NCBI GenBank assembly: GCA_017427645.1
Contig: JAFRSI010000141.1
Location: 6,395-70,394 of the forward strand
Direction of reading: 5' to 3'
Source of the DNA: Oscillospiraceae bacterium
Lineage (GTDB): Bacteria > Bacillota > Clostridia > Oscillospirales > Oscillospiraceae
Length of the DNA stretch: 64,000 bases
Both the position numbers and the translations under genes were made by a program. Positions 45,650-55,178 of the stretch are shown here, piece after piece. Position 1 is the first letter of the stretch. Every line of letters begins with the position of its first letter. The notes under the pieces were generated by a model, which saw nothing but the letters and a program-made list of their open reading frames with translations, was not told where the DNA came from and searched no databases.

Positions 45650-46486
45650 TTACTCTCCCTTTGGATCAAATCGCTCAAAGATCACCAGATTGCCGGCCCG
45701 TTCCGCCGCCTCCATGTCGCGGCGGTCGGCGATGGTCCAGTTGATCTCCTGGACCTTGTAGAACCGGCGGCACCAGCGCACGCTCAGACAGTCCCGGTCA
45801 GAAAAACGGTAGGCGATGAAATCCGGCACCGTCAGGCAGTTCATCAGCAGGTTGCTCAGAACAAAGCGCGTCAGCCGGCTCAGGTTGGCGCCGTCTTTCT
45901 CGTGGCGCAGAAACTGCTCGCTGAGCTGACCCCGGACGATCTCCGGCCGGTTTTTGCGCAGCCACTGCAGACACCGGGGGTCGAAGGACTCGATGCAGTA
46001 CTGCACCCGGTACCTGTCCAGCATGGCCACCGCGGCGGCGGCCAGCTCGTTGTAATTGCCCCGCTCCGCCTTCAGCTCCACGATCAGAGGCGTCTGCCCC
46101 TCAAAGAGAGTCAGCACCTCCTCCAGCAGGGGGATCTGCTCGTCAGTGCCCTCCAGGCGGTACTGCTTCAGCTCCTCCGCCGTCAGATCCTCCACGGCCA
46201 CGTCCACGCCGGCCGTCCGCAGGAGGCTGCTGTCGTGGATCACGGCCAGGCGGCCGTCCTTCATCAGATGGACGTCCAGCTCCACCCCGAAGCGGCGGTC
46301 CAGCGCCCGGCGGAAGGCCGCCATGGAGTTCTCCGGGATACGGGGCTTGTCGTGATAGCCCCGGTGTGCGTAGCGCCACAGGCGCAGGATCTTCCAGTCC
46401 GGATGACCCCGCCGGCAGCGCAGCGCCAGGGTATAGAGCTCACCCAGCACCACCAGGATGAGCAGGATCAACAATACATACCACAT
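45650..46486 (-). CDS. Glycerophosphodiester phosphodiesterase
   Basis: AHRG, PENS..AF, ELDV..KDG..IHD, VELK, ESFDP; N-terminal TM. Confidence 0.88.
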   Translation of the reverse strand: MWYVLLILLILVVLGELYTLALRCRRGHPDWKILRLWRYAHRGYHDKPRIPENSMAAFRRALDRRFGVELDVHLMKDGRLAVIHDSSLLRTAGVDVAVEDLTAEELKQYRLEGTDEQIPLLEEVLTLFEGQTPLIVELKAERGNYNELAAAAVAMLDRYRVQYCIESFDPRCLQWLRKNRPEIVRGQLSEQFLRHEKDGANLSRLTRFVLSNLLMNCLTVPDFIAYRFSDRDCLSVRWCRRFYKVQEINWTIADRRDMEAAERAGNLVIFERFDPKGE

Positions 46487-46495
46487 AGCCTATCC

Positions 46496-47917
46496 TCAAT
46501 CGTCGCCGCCCAGGGCCTCCAGACCGGTAACGTTGGCTACCTTGCCGGCCTTGATGTTCTTCACCAGGGAGGTAAAGACCGTGCAGCTCAGCAGCGTGAG
46601 GATGCACGCGTAGACCGGCAGGGCGCGCCAGGCGTTGGCCGCCCGCAGGACCAGGCCCAGCAGCACGGGCGTGACGGTCTGGGCGGACATGCTGGCTGCG
46701 TAGTAGTAGCCGGTAAACTTTCCGATCCGCTTGGCCGAGCAGAGCTCCACCACCATCGGGAAGGAGCAGTTGTGCACCAGCGCCATGCCGAAGCCCTTGA
46801 GCACCCAGACCACATAGAGCAGGGCCGGGAAGGAGAATTCGCCGTGGGCGGCGTTGGCGGCGGCTTTCCCGGTGGGCACGACGAAGCACATGATGATCAG
46901 ACCGACGAAGGTGATCATCAGGCCCGTGGAGATCGTCCACTTGCGTCCGATCTTGTCCGCGATGGCGCCGGCAATGGCGAAGCCGACGACGGAGGCGAGG
47001 CCGCCCAGGATCGTCAGGATCATCGTCGCGCTGGACACGGAGTTCAGATAGTAGATCACGTAGTTGCCCACGTAGGTGCCCAGGGCGTTGTCGCTCATGA
47101 ACCAGAGGAACTCGGCGCCCAGGATCGCCAGCAGCATGTTGCGGTTGGCCCTGGACATGGGCTTGTCGTCGTCGATAGGCGTCTCCACGGCAGCCAGCTG
47201 CTCGCCCAGCTCCATCTCTTCCTTCAGCGTTTCCGCCAGCTCGTTTTCCCGGATGGTCTTGAACAGCACCAGGGCGGAGATCACCATCAGCACGGAGGCG
47301 ATGATGAAGGGCAGCTCGATGGTCCAGAGATTGCGCTCGGCCACGGGGGTGTTGATGTAATGGGACAGCACGAAGGCCAGACCCAGCACCGTGGCAAAGG
47401 CGCCGCCGAAATAGCCCATGATATTGATGATGCCGTTGGCCTTGGCCCGCAGGGGCTTGGGCGTGATGTCGGGCATCAGCGCCACAGCCGGGTTGCGGTA
47501 CATCATCATGAACAGCAGCACGATCGCCATCATGGCGATCATACCGGCCACGTTGTTGTAATGGAAGAAGAGCGGGATAAAGGGGAAGGACACGGCGGAG
47601 ACGAAGGTGCCCACCAGGATGTAAGGCATGCGCTTGCCGATGGGGGTCTTCGTCTTGTCGGAGAGGTTGCCGAAAATCGGCAGCAGGATCAGCGCGGCCA
47701 GGTTGTCGCAGGCCATGATGACGCCCACGATCCACTGGACGTTGAGGATCTTCTCCGGGTCGCTTGCCTTCAGCTCCGCCGAGGACATCTCATAGATGTT
47801 GCGGGCAAAGATGTCGGTCAGGAAGGTGGGGCACCAGGAGTCGTACACCTGCCACAAAAGCAGGATGCCGAAGAAGGCAAAGCCGATCAGCGCGGTGCGT
47901 TTGTAGTTGAGTTTCAT
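46496..47917 (-). CDS. MFS transporter (GPH/sugar type)
   Basis: About 12 TM; GNLSDKTKTPIGKRMPY, ALMPDITP, ADKIGRK. Confidence 0.88.
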   Translation of the reverse strand: MKLNYKRTALIGFAFFGILLLWQVYDSWCPTFLTDIFARNIYEMSSAELKASDPEKILNVQWIVGVIMACDNLAALILLPIFGNLSDKTKTPIGKRMPYILVGTFVSAVSFPFIPLFFHYNNVAGMIAMMAIVLLFMMMYRNPAVALMPDITPKPLRAKANGIINIMGYFGGAFATVLGLAFVLSHYINTPVAERNLWTIELPFIIASVLMVISALVLFKTIRENELAETLKEEMELGEQLAAVETPIDDDKPMSRANRNMLLAILGAEFLWFMSDNALGTYVGNYVIYYLNSVSSATMILTILGGLASVVGFAIAGAIADKIGRKWTISTGLMITFVGLIIMCFVVPTGKAAANAAHGEFSFPALLYVVWVLKGFGMALVHNCSFPMVVELCSAKRIGKFTGYYYAASMSAQTVTPVLLGLVLRAANAWRALPVYACILTLLSCTVFTSLVKNIKAGKVANVTGLEALGGDD

Positions 47918-48705
47918 CGCAATTCCTCCCAAATTTTCTCGATATCCGGAAACACCCACGTGGGGGTGATCTGATACTTTTCCATGTCCGCCATCACGCC
48001 CTCGCCGGAGAGGACGAAGATGGAGTCGATCCCGGCGTTGACGCCGCAGGCCACGTCAGTATAGAGCCGATCCCCGATGATGACGGCCTGCTCCGGGGCA
48101 AAGCCCGTCCGCTCCAGGGCCAGGTCCACCATGGCCCGCTTGGGCTTGCCGATGACCAGCGGCTCCCGGCCCGTGGCCCGCTTCAGCATCTGGCACACGC
48201 TGCCGCAGTCCGGCACGCTGCCGTACCAGGTGGGGCACACCCAGTCCGGGTTGGTGGCGATCCACTCCGCGCCCCGGTTCAGCAGGATGCAGGCGTCCTC
48301 CAGCTTCTGAAAGGTCAGCTCCGTGTCAAAGCCGCACAGCAGCACGTCCACGCCGTCCTCCCGGTCGCAGGTCACGGGGATGCCCGCCGCCTCCAGCTGC
48401 TGATAGAAGGACCGGGTGCCGAAGACGTAGCACCGCTTGCCGGGCAGATGGCGGCGCAGGTGGCGGATGGTGGCGTCCACGGAGGTGAGGAAGTCCTCCT
48501 CCGCGGCCTGGATGCCCAGGCGGCGCATCTTTTGGATGTACCCCTCCACGCCCCGGGAGGAGTTGTTGGTCAGAAAGAGATACCGCCCGCCGACGGCGCG
48601 GACGTGGGCCAGGAATTCCTTTACCCCGGCAAAGAGCTGCTCGTCCAGATAGATGGTGCCGTCCATATCCAGCAGAAACAGCCGCTTGTCGCGCAGCTCG
48701 GCCAT
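47914..48705 (-). CDS. HAD-IIA (NagD-like) phosphatase
   Basis: LDMDGTIY, LTNNS, ATNPD, GKP, GDRLYTD; RBS ggagg. Confidence 0.9.
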   Translation of the reverse strand: MAELRDKRLFLLDMDGTIYLDEQLFAGVKEFLAHVRAVGGRYLFLTNNSSRGVEGYIQKMRRLGIQAAEEDFLTSVDATIRHLRRHLPGKRCYVFGTRSFYQQLEAAGIPVTCDREDGVDVLLCGFDTELTFQKLEDACILLNRGAEWIATNPDWVCPTWYGSVPDCGSVCQMLKRATGREPLVIGKPKRAMVDLALERTGFAPEQAVIIGDRLYTDVACGVNAGIDSIFVLSGEGVMADMEKYQITPTWVFPDIEKIWEELR

Positions 48706-48797
48706 GCGATATCCCTCCCATCTCATAATAATACATGGTAAGCATATCACAAAGCCGCCCCGTACGCAAGCAGGGCGGCTTTCCAATCTGTATTTTT

Positions 48798-50204
48798 TCA
48801 CGTGTTCTCCCGGCTGATGGGGCGGCGGTGCAGCAGGGCCAGCAGAGCCCGGCCGTTGAAGGGGATCAGCGGGTAGAGATAGCCCCGGCCCACCAGGGGG
48901 CGGGTGGAGGCGATCAGCCCCAGGATCACGGCCACGCCCAGGCCGAAGCCCCACCAGCCCAGCAGCCAGATCAGCACCAGCAGCATGATGCGGCACAGCT
49001 TGAAGGCATAGCCCATCTCGTAGCTGTGCTGGGCGTAGTTGGCCACCGCCACGAAGGCCATATACACCAGCACCTCCGGCACCAGCCAGCGGGAGCGGAC
49101 GGCGAAATCCCCCAGGATCAGGGCCCCCAGCATGCTGAAGGAGTTGCTCAGGGCGTTGGGCGTGTTCAGGGAGGCCAGCTTCAGCACGTCGATGATGAAT
49201 TCCACCAGCAGGAGCTGGATGATCAGCGGCACGGCGTACTCCCCCTCCACCAGCAGGAAGTGCAGCTCCGCCGGCAGATGGGCCGGGTCGTTGACCAGCA
49301 GATACCACATAGGTGTGATGAACAGCGTCATGGTCAGCACCGCCAGGCGGAGCAGACGCAGATAGGTACCGATGATGGGCGGAAAATAGTAGTCGTTGAC
49401 CTCCTCGGCGAAGCTCCAGATGGTGGTGGGCAGGATCATCACCGAGGAGGAGTTGTCCAGCATCAGCAGCACGTTCCCCTCCATCAGGCAGGCGGCCGCC
49501 ACGTCGGGCCGCTCCGTGTAGCGCACCTTGGGAAAGGGGTTGTACCAGCAGCGGGGCGACAGGCACTCCGCCACGCTCTCCTGGCTCATGGAGAGGGAGC
49601 GCACGTCGATGGCGGAGAGCTTGCGGCGCAGCTGGTCCAGGAGCTTTCCGTCCGCCTCGCCTTCCAGATAGCACACCGCCGCGTCCAGGCCCGTCCGTCC
49701 GCCCAGCCGGTGGGGCTCCATAGCCAGGGAGGAGCTGCGGATCCGGCGGCGCAGCAGGGCGGCGTTGCGCATCAGGCTCTCGCCGAAGCCGTCGTGACTG
49801 CCCCGCAGCACCCGGCTGGCGTCCGGCTCCTCCACGGAGCGCAGGGGAAACTGCTTGGCGTCCAGCAGGATCCCGCCGCCGAAGCCCTCGATCACCAGCA
49901 GCGTCTTGCCGGCAAAGACGCCCAGGGCGATCTGCTGCCGGTCCTCCTCCACCGTCACGTCGGCAATGCTGACGTAGCGCTCCACAAAATCCCGCAGGTC
50001 GGCCACGCCGTCCCCGTCGGGGATAGCCAGCCACACCGCGATCATCCGCTCCAGCACGGCGTCGTCGGCGTAGCCGTTGACCACCCACAGCCCGGCCCGC
50101 CGGCCGGCGATCCGCAGCGTCCGGCTGGTCAGATCGAAACAGCGGCCGCTGCCCAGCAGCTCGTCCGTTTCCCGCAGCCTTGCGCTGAAATCCTCCCGCT
50201 CCAT
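48798..50204 (-). CDS. GerA/SpoVAF-family spore germination protein
   Basis: RSVEEP..LRGSHDGF.E..N..LLRRRIR, FPKVRYTERPD, GALILGDFAV. Confidence 0.88.
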   Translation of the reverse strand: MEREDFSARLRETDELLGSGRCFDLTSRTLRIAGRRAGLWVVNGYADDAVLERMIAVWLAIPDGDGVADLRDFVERYVSIADVTVEEDRQQIALGVFAGKTLLVIEGFGGGILLDAKQFPLRSVEEPDASRVLRGSHDGFGESLMRNAALLRRRIRSSSLAMEPHRLGGRTGLDAAVCYLEGEADGKLLDQLRRKLSAIDVRSLSMSQESVAECLSPRCWYNPFPKVRYTERPDVAAACLMEGNVLLMLDNSSSVMILPTTIWSFAEEVNDYYFPPIIGTYLRLLRLAVLTMTLFITPMWYLLVNDPAHLPAELHFLLVEGEYAVPLIIQLLLVEFIIDVLKLASLNTPNALSNSFSMLGALILGDFAVRSRWLVPEVLVYMAFVAVANYAQHSYEMGYAFKLCRIMLLVLIWLLGWWGFGLGVAVILGLIASTRPLVGRGYLYPLIPFNGRALLALLHRRPISRENT

Positions 50205-50231
50205 ACGTCGCCTCCCCCCTCGTTTCCCGTA

Positions 50232-50261
50232 TAGTATGGGTGGGCGCCGCCGCCTTTATTC
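50232..50261 (-). promoter_or_regulatory. SigG-type forespore promoter
   Basis: GAATA-18-CATACTA upstream of the germination gene. Confidence 0.65.
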
Positions 50262-50312
50262 CCGCGAAAAAAGCCGGGAGAACGGTTTTTCCGTCCTCCC
50301 GGCTCCATGCCG

Positions 50313-51710
50313 TCATACCGTTTTGATGAAATAGAAAAAGATCTCGTCCTGGCCGCTGCGCCGCATGCAGGAGGACAGCATCCGGAAGGACGCCTGATTC
50401 TCCTTATAGCACTTTGCCACCACCCGGTCCAGCCCCAGGCGGTACAGGGCCCACTCCGCCGCCGCGGCAAAGGCCTCGGTGCCGTAACCGTGGCCGGCGT
50501 ATGCCGGCGCGATCCGGCAGCCCAGCTCCGCACCGCCCCGCCAGTCCAGATTGTAGAGCACCGCCTCGCCGATCAGCCGCCCCTCCAGGCGGACCGCGAA
50601 ATTGACAGCCAGCCGGTCGTCAAAATCGCGGCGGGCCACCTCCAGGAAGTAGTCCTCCGTCCATTCCCCCTGCAGATCCTCCCGGTAGTCGTAGCCCCAC
50701 CAGCGGTTGCGCTCATCATCCAGGCACAGGGCGTTGTAGGCGGCCTTGTCGTCCTCCGTCAGTTCGTCCAGCACCAGGCGCTCCGTTTTCAGTGCGGGGA
50801 CGGCGTCCAGATCGTCCAACTCGCTGCCCACGGCAAAGTGGATCTTGCTGCCCAGCTCCGCCGGCAGATACTGGAGCTTGGAGGTGCGAAGCCCCTTGTC
50901 CTGGGCGTCGTCCTCCCGGTTGATCCACCGGCACTCCGCCCCGAAACGGGCGGCAAAGGCCTGCACCAGCGTGGGATAGGCGCCGGGGCAGGAGTAGAGG
51001 GCCTTCTCGGCGTGGATCACAAGGGTGTCCCCGCATTTCTCCGCCAGGCAGAGGGCCAGCAGGCGCCCCTCGTCCTCCAGACCGCCGGCGCAGAACCAGC
51101 CCCGGTCCAGCAGACGGAACATGCCCTTGGCGGTTTCCAGCTCCCACAGAGCCATGGGGCTGGTCTTCTGGAACTCCACCTCGTACCGGCGCCAGAACGC
51201 CTCGATCCGGTCGGCATCCGCCATCGTCAGCTCCGTGAAGCGGGCCTGGGGATACAGCTTCCTGAATTTGTTGATATGGTTTCGCTGGCCGCTGTAGCGT
51301 CGCCCGGCAAAAGCCGCCATGTCGGCGGCGCGGTAGAGATAGTCTCTCCATATCCGCTCGTTGGTGATCGTCACCCGGGAATACCGGCTGCACAGCCGCG
51401 CCGTCTGCTCCGCGGGCACCACCCAGATCTCGGGGTGCATCCCCTTTTTGGTGCAGTATTCCTCAATGGCGGTCAGCGCCGCGTCCACGTCTCCGTTTTC
51501 CCCCGGCACCGGCATGTCAAAGAAGATCCCCTCCTCCACCCGGTTCAGGACCACCAGACAGCCGGCCACCTCGGCAAAAGACGACTTCAGATGGTCGTCC
51601 CACATCACCTTGGTGCCCACGGCGTACTCGCACAGGCGATAATTGCAGTTTTCATAGTACGGCTTCAAACGGCCCGCGTTCTCCGCCGTGATCGGTTCAA
51701 ATGTCAGCAT
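50313..51710 (-). CDS. DUF2156 (aminoacyltransferase-like) domain fused to a RimJ/RimL-type GNAT
   Basis: DYLY..GRRYSGQRNHINKF, HAEKA, INREDD..GLRTSKLQY; C-terminal TERLVL..GHGYGTEA..ENQAS. Confidence 0.8.
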   Translation of the reverse strand: MLTFEPITAENAGRLKPYYENCNYRLCEYAVGTKVMWDDHLKSSFAEVAGCLVVLNRVEEGIFFDMPVPGENGDVDAALTAIEEYCTKKGMHPEIWVVPAEQTARLCSRYSRVTITNERIWRDYLYRAADMAAFAGRRYSGQRNHINKFRKLYPQARFTELTMADADRIEAFWRRYEVEFQKTSPMALWELETAKGMFRLLDRGWFCAGGLEDEGRLLALCLAEKCGDTLVIHAEKALYSCPGAYPTLVQAFAARFGAECRWINREDDAQDKGLRTSKLQYLPAELGSKIHFAVGSELDDLDAVPALKTERLVLDELTEDDKAAYNALCLDDERNRWWGYDYREDLQGEWTEDYFLEVARRDFDDRLAVNFAVRLEGRLIGEAVLYNLDWRGGAELGCRIAPAYAGHGYGTEAFAAAAEWALYRLGLDRVVAKCYKENQASFRMLSSCMRRSGQDEIFFYFIKTV

Positions 51711-51780
51711 AGGCGTTTTCCCTCTGAAATGAAAAGAGAAACGCCGGCCGGGCGGCCGGCATTTCTCTCGTTGCCATATT

Positions 51781-52155
51781 TCAATTGCAGTGCTTCTGCC
51801 AGAAGGCGCGGAGCTTTTCATAGGTCTCCTCGCTCAAGTGATGCTCGATCAGGCAAGCGTCGTGCTCCGCCGTCTCGGCGCTGACGCCCAGGGCGCAGAA
51901 CAGCTCCGTCAGCATATGGTGCTTGTCCAGGGTGCTTTGGGCAATGGCAAGGCCCTTCTCCGTCAGCACCAGCTGGCCGTCGGAGAGGCGCTCCAGGCAG
52001 CCGCTGTCCACCAGCTTGCCTACCGCCACGCTGACGCTGGGCTTGGAAAAACCCAGATGGGTCGCCACGTCGATGCTGCGGCAGCTCCCCTTGGCCTCCC
52101 GGATCATCAGGATCGCCTCCAGATAGTCCTCGCTGGAACGGTGACCGTCCGCCAT
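51781..52155 (-). CDS. DtxR/MntR-family metal-dependent regulator
   Basis: SEDYLEAI, SKPSVS, LGVSAETAEHDACLIEH. Confidence 0.9.
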   Translation of the reverse strand: MADGHRSSEDYLEAILMIREAKGSCRSIDVATHLGFSKPSVSVAVGKLVDSGCLERLSDGQLVLTEKGLAIAQSTLDKHHMLTELFCALGVSAETAEHDACLIEHHLSEETYEKLRAFWQKHCN

Positions 52156-52257
52156 TGCTGTTCCCTCCTCCCGCGGCAAAGCGCCGCTTTTTCTTATCCT
52201 ACCCCATAACGGCCCGTCTTGTCAAGGACAAGGCGGCGCGGAAATGCCGGAAAACCG

Positions 52258-52297
52258 CGAGGTCCGCACAGAGTGTCTTTCCCCTGTGCGGACCTCG
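52258..52297 (-). terminator. Terminator ending the oxidoreductase operon
   Basis: cgaggtccgcacag...ctgtgcggacctcg, 14-bp stem. Confidence 0.7.
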
Positions 52298-52329
52298 TTC
52301 ATTTTACTATGGAACGGTTCTTCCCGGCG

Positions 52330-55143
52330 TCACTGCATGGTCGGATACTCCGACTTTCCGGTGATCTTTTTCTTGAGGATCTTCATGCCGCGCTTGATGG
52401 CATAGGGCTTGACCACGTCCATCATCTCCTCAGCGGTGTGCATCTCGCTGGCCTCGGGGATATCGCGGGACAGGTGGATGGCGTCGAACTGGCAGCGGGT
52501 GGTACACAGGCCGCAGCCGATGCACTGGTTCAGGTCCACCGTGGTGGCGCCGCACTTGAGGCATCGGTTGGCCTCCACCTTCACCTGCTCCTCCGTCAGC
52601 GGCAGGCGCAGGTCCTCGAAGGTGGCCGCCGCCTCGCCGGGCTTCATGCCGGGCATCTGGCGCTTGGCATTGTCGTAGCTCTCCACCAGGATGTCGTCCC
52701 GATCCAGCTCGATGAAGTTCCTCAGGTCACGGCCCAGGGTCAGGGACTGACCGGGATGCACGAAGCGGTTGATGGACACGGCGGCCTCGCGGCCGGCGGC
52801 AATGGCGTCGATGACGAACTTCTGGCCGGTGCAGACGTCGCCGCCCACGAAGATGTCCGGCTCCGCCGTCTGGAGCGTGACCGGGTCGGCCTTGACGGTG
52901 CCGTTGCGGTTGAACTCCACCCGGGTGCCCTCCAGCAGCTTGCCCAGATCGGGCTTCTGGCCGATGCAGTAGAGCACGGTGGTGCAGGCGGCCTCGGCGG
53001 TATCGCCGTCGTCGAACTTCGGGTCGAAGCGGCCCTCGGCATTCTTGACGGACAGGCACTTGCGGAAGCGGATCCCGGTGCACCTGCCGTCCGCCGTCAG
53101 GATCTCCGTCTGGCCCCAGCCGGCGTGGATGGCGATGCCGTCCGCCTCCACCTCGGCCCGGTCGTCGGGCCCCATGGGCATCTCGTCGTAGCTCTCCAGG
53201 CAGTAGAGGTCCACCTTGGCGGCCCCTGCCCGGACGGCGGTCCGGGCGATGTCCGCGGCGATATTTCCGCCGCCGATCACCACCACGCTGCCGCTGAGCT
53301 TCTTCTCCGGGTGCTGGGTGATCTCACGGGAGAAGGTGATGCCGGGGATCACGCCCTGGGCGTCGTCGCCGGGGATCCCCAGCCTGCCGCCGCTCTGCAG
53401 GCCGGCAGCCAGGAAAAACGCCTTGTAGCCCTGGGCGCGCAGCTGATCCAGGGTCACGTCCCTGCCCACGTCGACGCCGCAGCGGAACTCCACGCCCATC
53501 CGGCGGATGATGTCGATCTCGCCCTCGATGACCTTCTTCTCCAGGCGGAAGTTGGGGATGCCGTTCATCATCATGCCGCCGGGGCGCTGCTCCCGGTCAA
53601 ACACCGTGACGGGGTAGCCCTCCTGCCGCAGATAGTAGGCGGCGCTCAGGCCGGCGGGGCCGGCGCCGATGACGGCGATCGGGAAATCGTCCCACTGCTT
53701 GCCGTCCATGTTCTCGCAGACGGGAACGTAGTCGGCGGGGTGCTGCAGCTCCCACTGGGCCAGGAACTTCTTGATCTCGTCGATTGCCACGGGCGCGTCG
53801 ATGGTGCCGCGGGTGCAGCGGTCCTCGCAGCGGCGGTTGCAGATGGCGCCGCAGACGGCCGGGAAGGGGTTGTCCTGCCGGATCAGGCGGATCGCCTCGT
53901 CGTAGCGGCCCTCGGCGGCCATGCGGATATAGCCCTGTACCGCCAGATGGGCGGGACAGGCGGTTTTGCACGGAGACGTGCCCGTATCGTAGCAGTTGAT
54001 CTTGTTGTGATCCCGGTAGTCCGGGTCCCAGCGATCCTCGCCCCACACGTTGTCGTCCGGCAGATCGTGCATGGGGTACATCACCTTGGAGCCGTCCGCC
54101 CGGCAGAGCTTCTGGCCCAGCTTGGCGGCGCCGGAGGGACAGACCTCCACGCATTTGCCGCAGGCCACGCACTTGGTGGCGTCCACGTGGGCGCGGTAGG
54201 CGGAGCGGGACATGTTGGGCGTGTTGAACAGCTGGGAGGTCCGCAGGCCGTAGCAGCTGCCGGGAGAGCAGTTGCAGATTCCCACGATGCGGTCCGGGCC
54301 GTCCAGGTTGGTGATCTGGTGGACGTAGCCCTTGCGCTCGGCCCGCTCAATGATCTCCATGGCCTCCTCGCGGGTGATGTAGTGGGCGTCCTTGCCGGAC
54401 TCCACCAGAAACTCGGCGATATCGCCCACGCCGATGCACATGTAGCCCTCGATATCGCCCACACCCTCGCCGCGGATGCGCTGGGCCTTGCGGCAGGCGC
54501 AGACCATGGTGCAGAACTTGTCGTTCTTCTGCAGCCAGTGGCTCAGATGCTCCACGCTGACCGACTGGGAGGCTCCGTCGATGGCCTGCTCCACGGGGAT
54601 CACGTGCATGCCGATGCCGGCGCCCCCGGGAGGCACCAGCTTGGCAGCCAGCTCCAGGGGCTCCTGGGGTGCCAGGTTGAACATGGTGGCCACCTCGGGA
54701 TGCTCGTCGGCCAGGGTGGGATGCTCCACCATGTATTCGCCGGAGCCCACCACCCACTTGGGGATCCAGTACTGGATGTGCTGATCCGGGTTGTCCCGGT
54801 TCTGCTCCAGGATACCGATCCACAGCAGGTGGTCGATGACCTTCTGCGCCTCCTCCACGCTCATCTGATTGCGCTCCGCCAGCTCCGGGGTGGTGAGCCC
54901 GAAACGGCGCTTCCTGAAGCTGAGCATGAAGCGGACTTCATCCTTGGTCAGCAGCTGGTCCAGGATCCAGAAATCCATGTGGTTTTCCTTCATGCCGCCG
55001 GGCAGCTTGCGGGGAATGTTGTCCGTGATCATGCGGGCCAGCTTCATCACCAGCTTTTTCTTTTCCGGATCGCTGCAGCGGTGATCCGTCACGGGATAGT
55101 CCCGCTGGTTCACGTGTATTCTGGGATTGACTTCCTTTACCAT
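52330..55143 (-). CDS. Multi-Fe-S, FAD/NAD(P)-binding oxidoreductase (GltD-like core with ferredoxin domains)
   Basis: CxCR..C..CNC..C; CVACGKCVEVCP; CKTACP..CGAICNRRCEDRC; GAGPAG; GGGNIAAD; C-terminal CLKC..CIGCGLCTTRC. Confidence 0.88.
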   Translation of the reverse strand: MVKEVNPRIHVNQRDYPVTDHRCSDPEKKKLVMKLARMITDNIPRKLPGGMKENHMDFWILDQLLTKDEVRFMLSFRKRRFGLTTPELAERNQMSVEEAQKVIDHLLWIGILEQNRDNPDQHIQYWIPKWVVGSGEYMVEHPTLADEHPEVATMFNLAPQEPLELAAKLVPPGGAGIGMHVIPVEQAIDGASQSVSVEHLSHWLQKNDKFCTMVCACRKAQRIRGEGVGDIEGYMCIGVGDIAEFLVESGKDAHYITREEAMEIIERAERKGYVHQITNLDGPDRIVGICNCSPGSCYGLRTSQLFNTPNMSRSAYRAHVDATKCVACGKCVEVCPSGAAKLGQKLCRADGSKVMYPMHDLPDDNVWGEDRWDPDYRDHNKINCYDTGTSPCKTACPAHLAVQGYIRMAAEGRYDEAIRLIRQDNPFPAVCGAICNRRCEDRCTRGTIDAPVAIDEIKKFLAQWELQHPADYVPVCENMDGKQWDDFPIAVIGAGPAGLSAAYYLRQEGYPVTVFDREQRPGGMMMNGIPNFRLEKKVIEGEIDIIRRMGVEFRCGVDVGRDVTLDQLRAQGYKAFFLAAGLQSGGRLGIPGDDAQGVIPGITFSREITQHPEKKLSGSVVVIGGGNIAADIARTAVRAGAAKVDLYCLESYDEMPMGPDDRAEVEADGIAIHAGWGQTEILTADGRCTGIRFRKCLSVKNAEGRFDPKFDDGDTAEAACTTVLYCIGQKPDLGKLLEGTRVEFNRNGTVKADPVTLQTAEPDIFVGGDVCTGQKFVIDAIAAGREAAVSINRFVHPGQSLTLGRDLRNFIELDRDDILVESYDNAKRQMPGMKPGEAAATFEDLRLPLTEEQVKVEANRCLKCGATTVDLNQCIGCGLCTTRCQFDAIHLSRDIPEASEMHTAEEMMDVVKPYAIKRGMKILKKKITGKSEYPTMQ

Positions 55144-55178
55144 TTTCTATCTCCCTCGTACGAATTCTGTGGGGATGC

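Noticed and set aside
47914-50316. 800-aa ORF suggesting a large HAD fusion
   Set aside because: Only the part from 48705 has an RBS and HAD motifs; the upstream part is an off-frame overlap of the germination gene
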